Assembly: GCA_028023455.1 (NCBI GenBank)
Contig: JAQFVV010000006.1
Span: forward strand, 12,028,001 to 12,092,000
DNA from: Epiperipatus broadwayi
Taxonomy: Eukaryota; Animalia; Onychophora
Length of the DNA stretch: 64,000 bases
Reading direction: 5' to 3'
Notes under the pieces: model-generated
Told to the model about the DNA's origin: nothing
Seen by the model: the letters and a program-made list of their open reading frames with translations, nothing else
Databases searched by the model: none
Made by a program: the position numbers and the translations under genes
In this document: positions 63,735 through 64,000 of the stretch, in pieces
Layout of the letters: every line of letters begins with the position of its first letter
Numbering within the stretch: position 1 is the stretch's first letter

Positions 63735-64000
63735 ATCAAACATTATCAATCCATTGCAGGATGAAGGTCTCTCGAAGTTCAATCCATCTCCGAGCTTTAG
63801 CTTCTCTTTTTCACATCACCCTGCACACTTTCTTATTTCATCCCTCCATCTCACATGTGGTCTCTTTCTGGGTCTTTTACAATCTCTTGGAATCCAGTTT
63901 AAGACTTCAATTGTTCATCTATTATTATCTCTTCTAGCAACATGTCCAGCCCAACTCCACTTCAGTCTTTTAATTTTTTAATGAGATCAGTAACACCTGT
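63735..64000 (-). mobile_element. RTE-type LINE 3' end running off the window
   Basis: Reverse complement of the 47712-47996 sequence. Confidence 0.88.

Overview
Very AT-rich, CpG-depleted eukaryotic (metazoan, probably arthropod; species not identifiable from sequence) DNA with no confidently intact, nameable protein gene. The dominant signal is a dense population of short (about 150-500 bp) non-coding retroelements in at least six sequence families (called A-G here, plus a 50-nt tandem array). Each carries a minimal type I hammerhead ribozyme motif (CUGANGA...GAAA) whose stem III is a palindrome. Many copies are head-to-head inverted pairs, and three have 13-16 bp target-site duplications. 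Two Penelope-like GIY-YIG endonuclease remnants are present, one followed directly by such a hammerhead, pointing to Penelope-like elements as the likely mobilisers. Other content: RTE-type LINE 3' ends, an hAT transposase remnant, tRNA-derived SINEs, MITE-like repeats, a ~580-bp (TATC)n and a 60-bp minisatellite. A chain of phase-compatible plus-strand exons from ~23 to ~62 kb contains many in-frame stops and looks like a decayed multi-exon gene of unknown identity. All alignments, folds and counts were done by eye; element boundaries are approximate.
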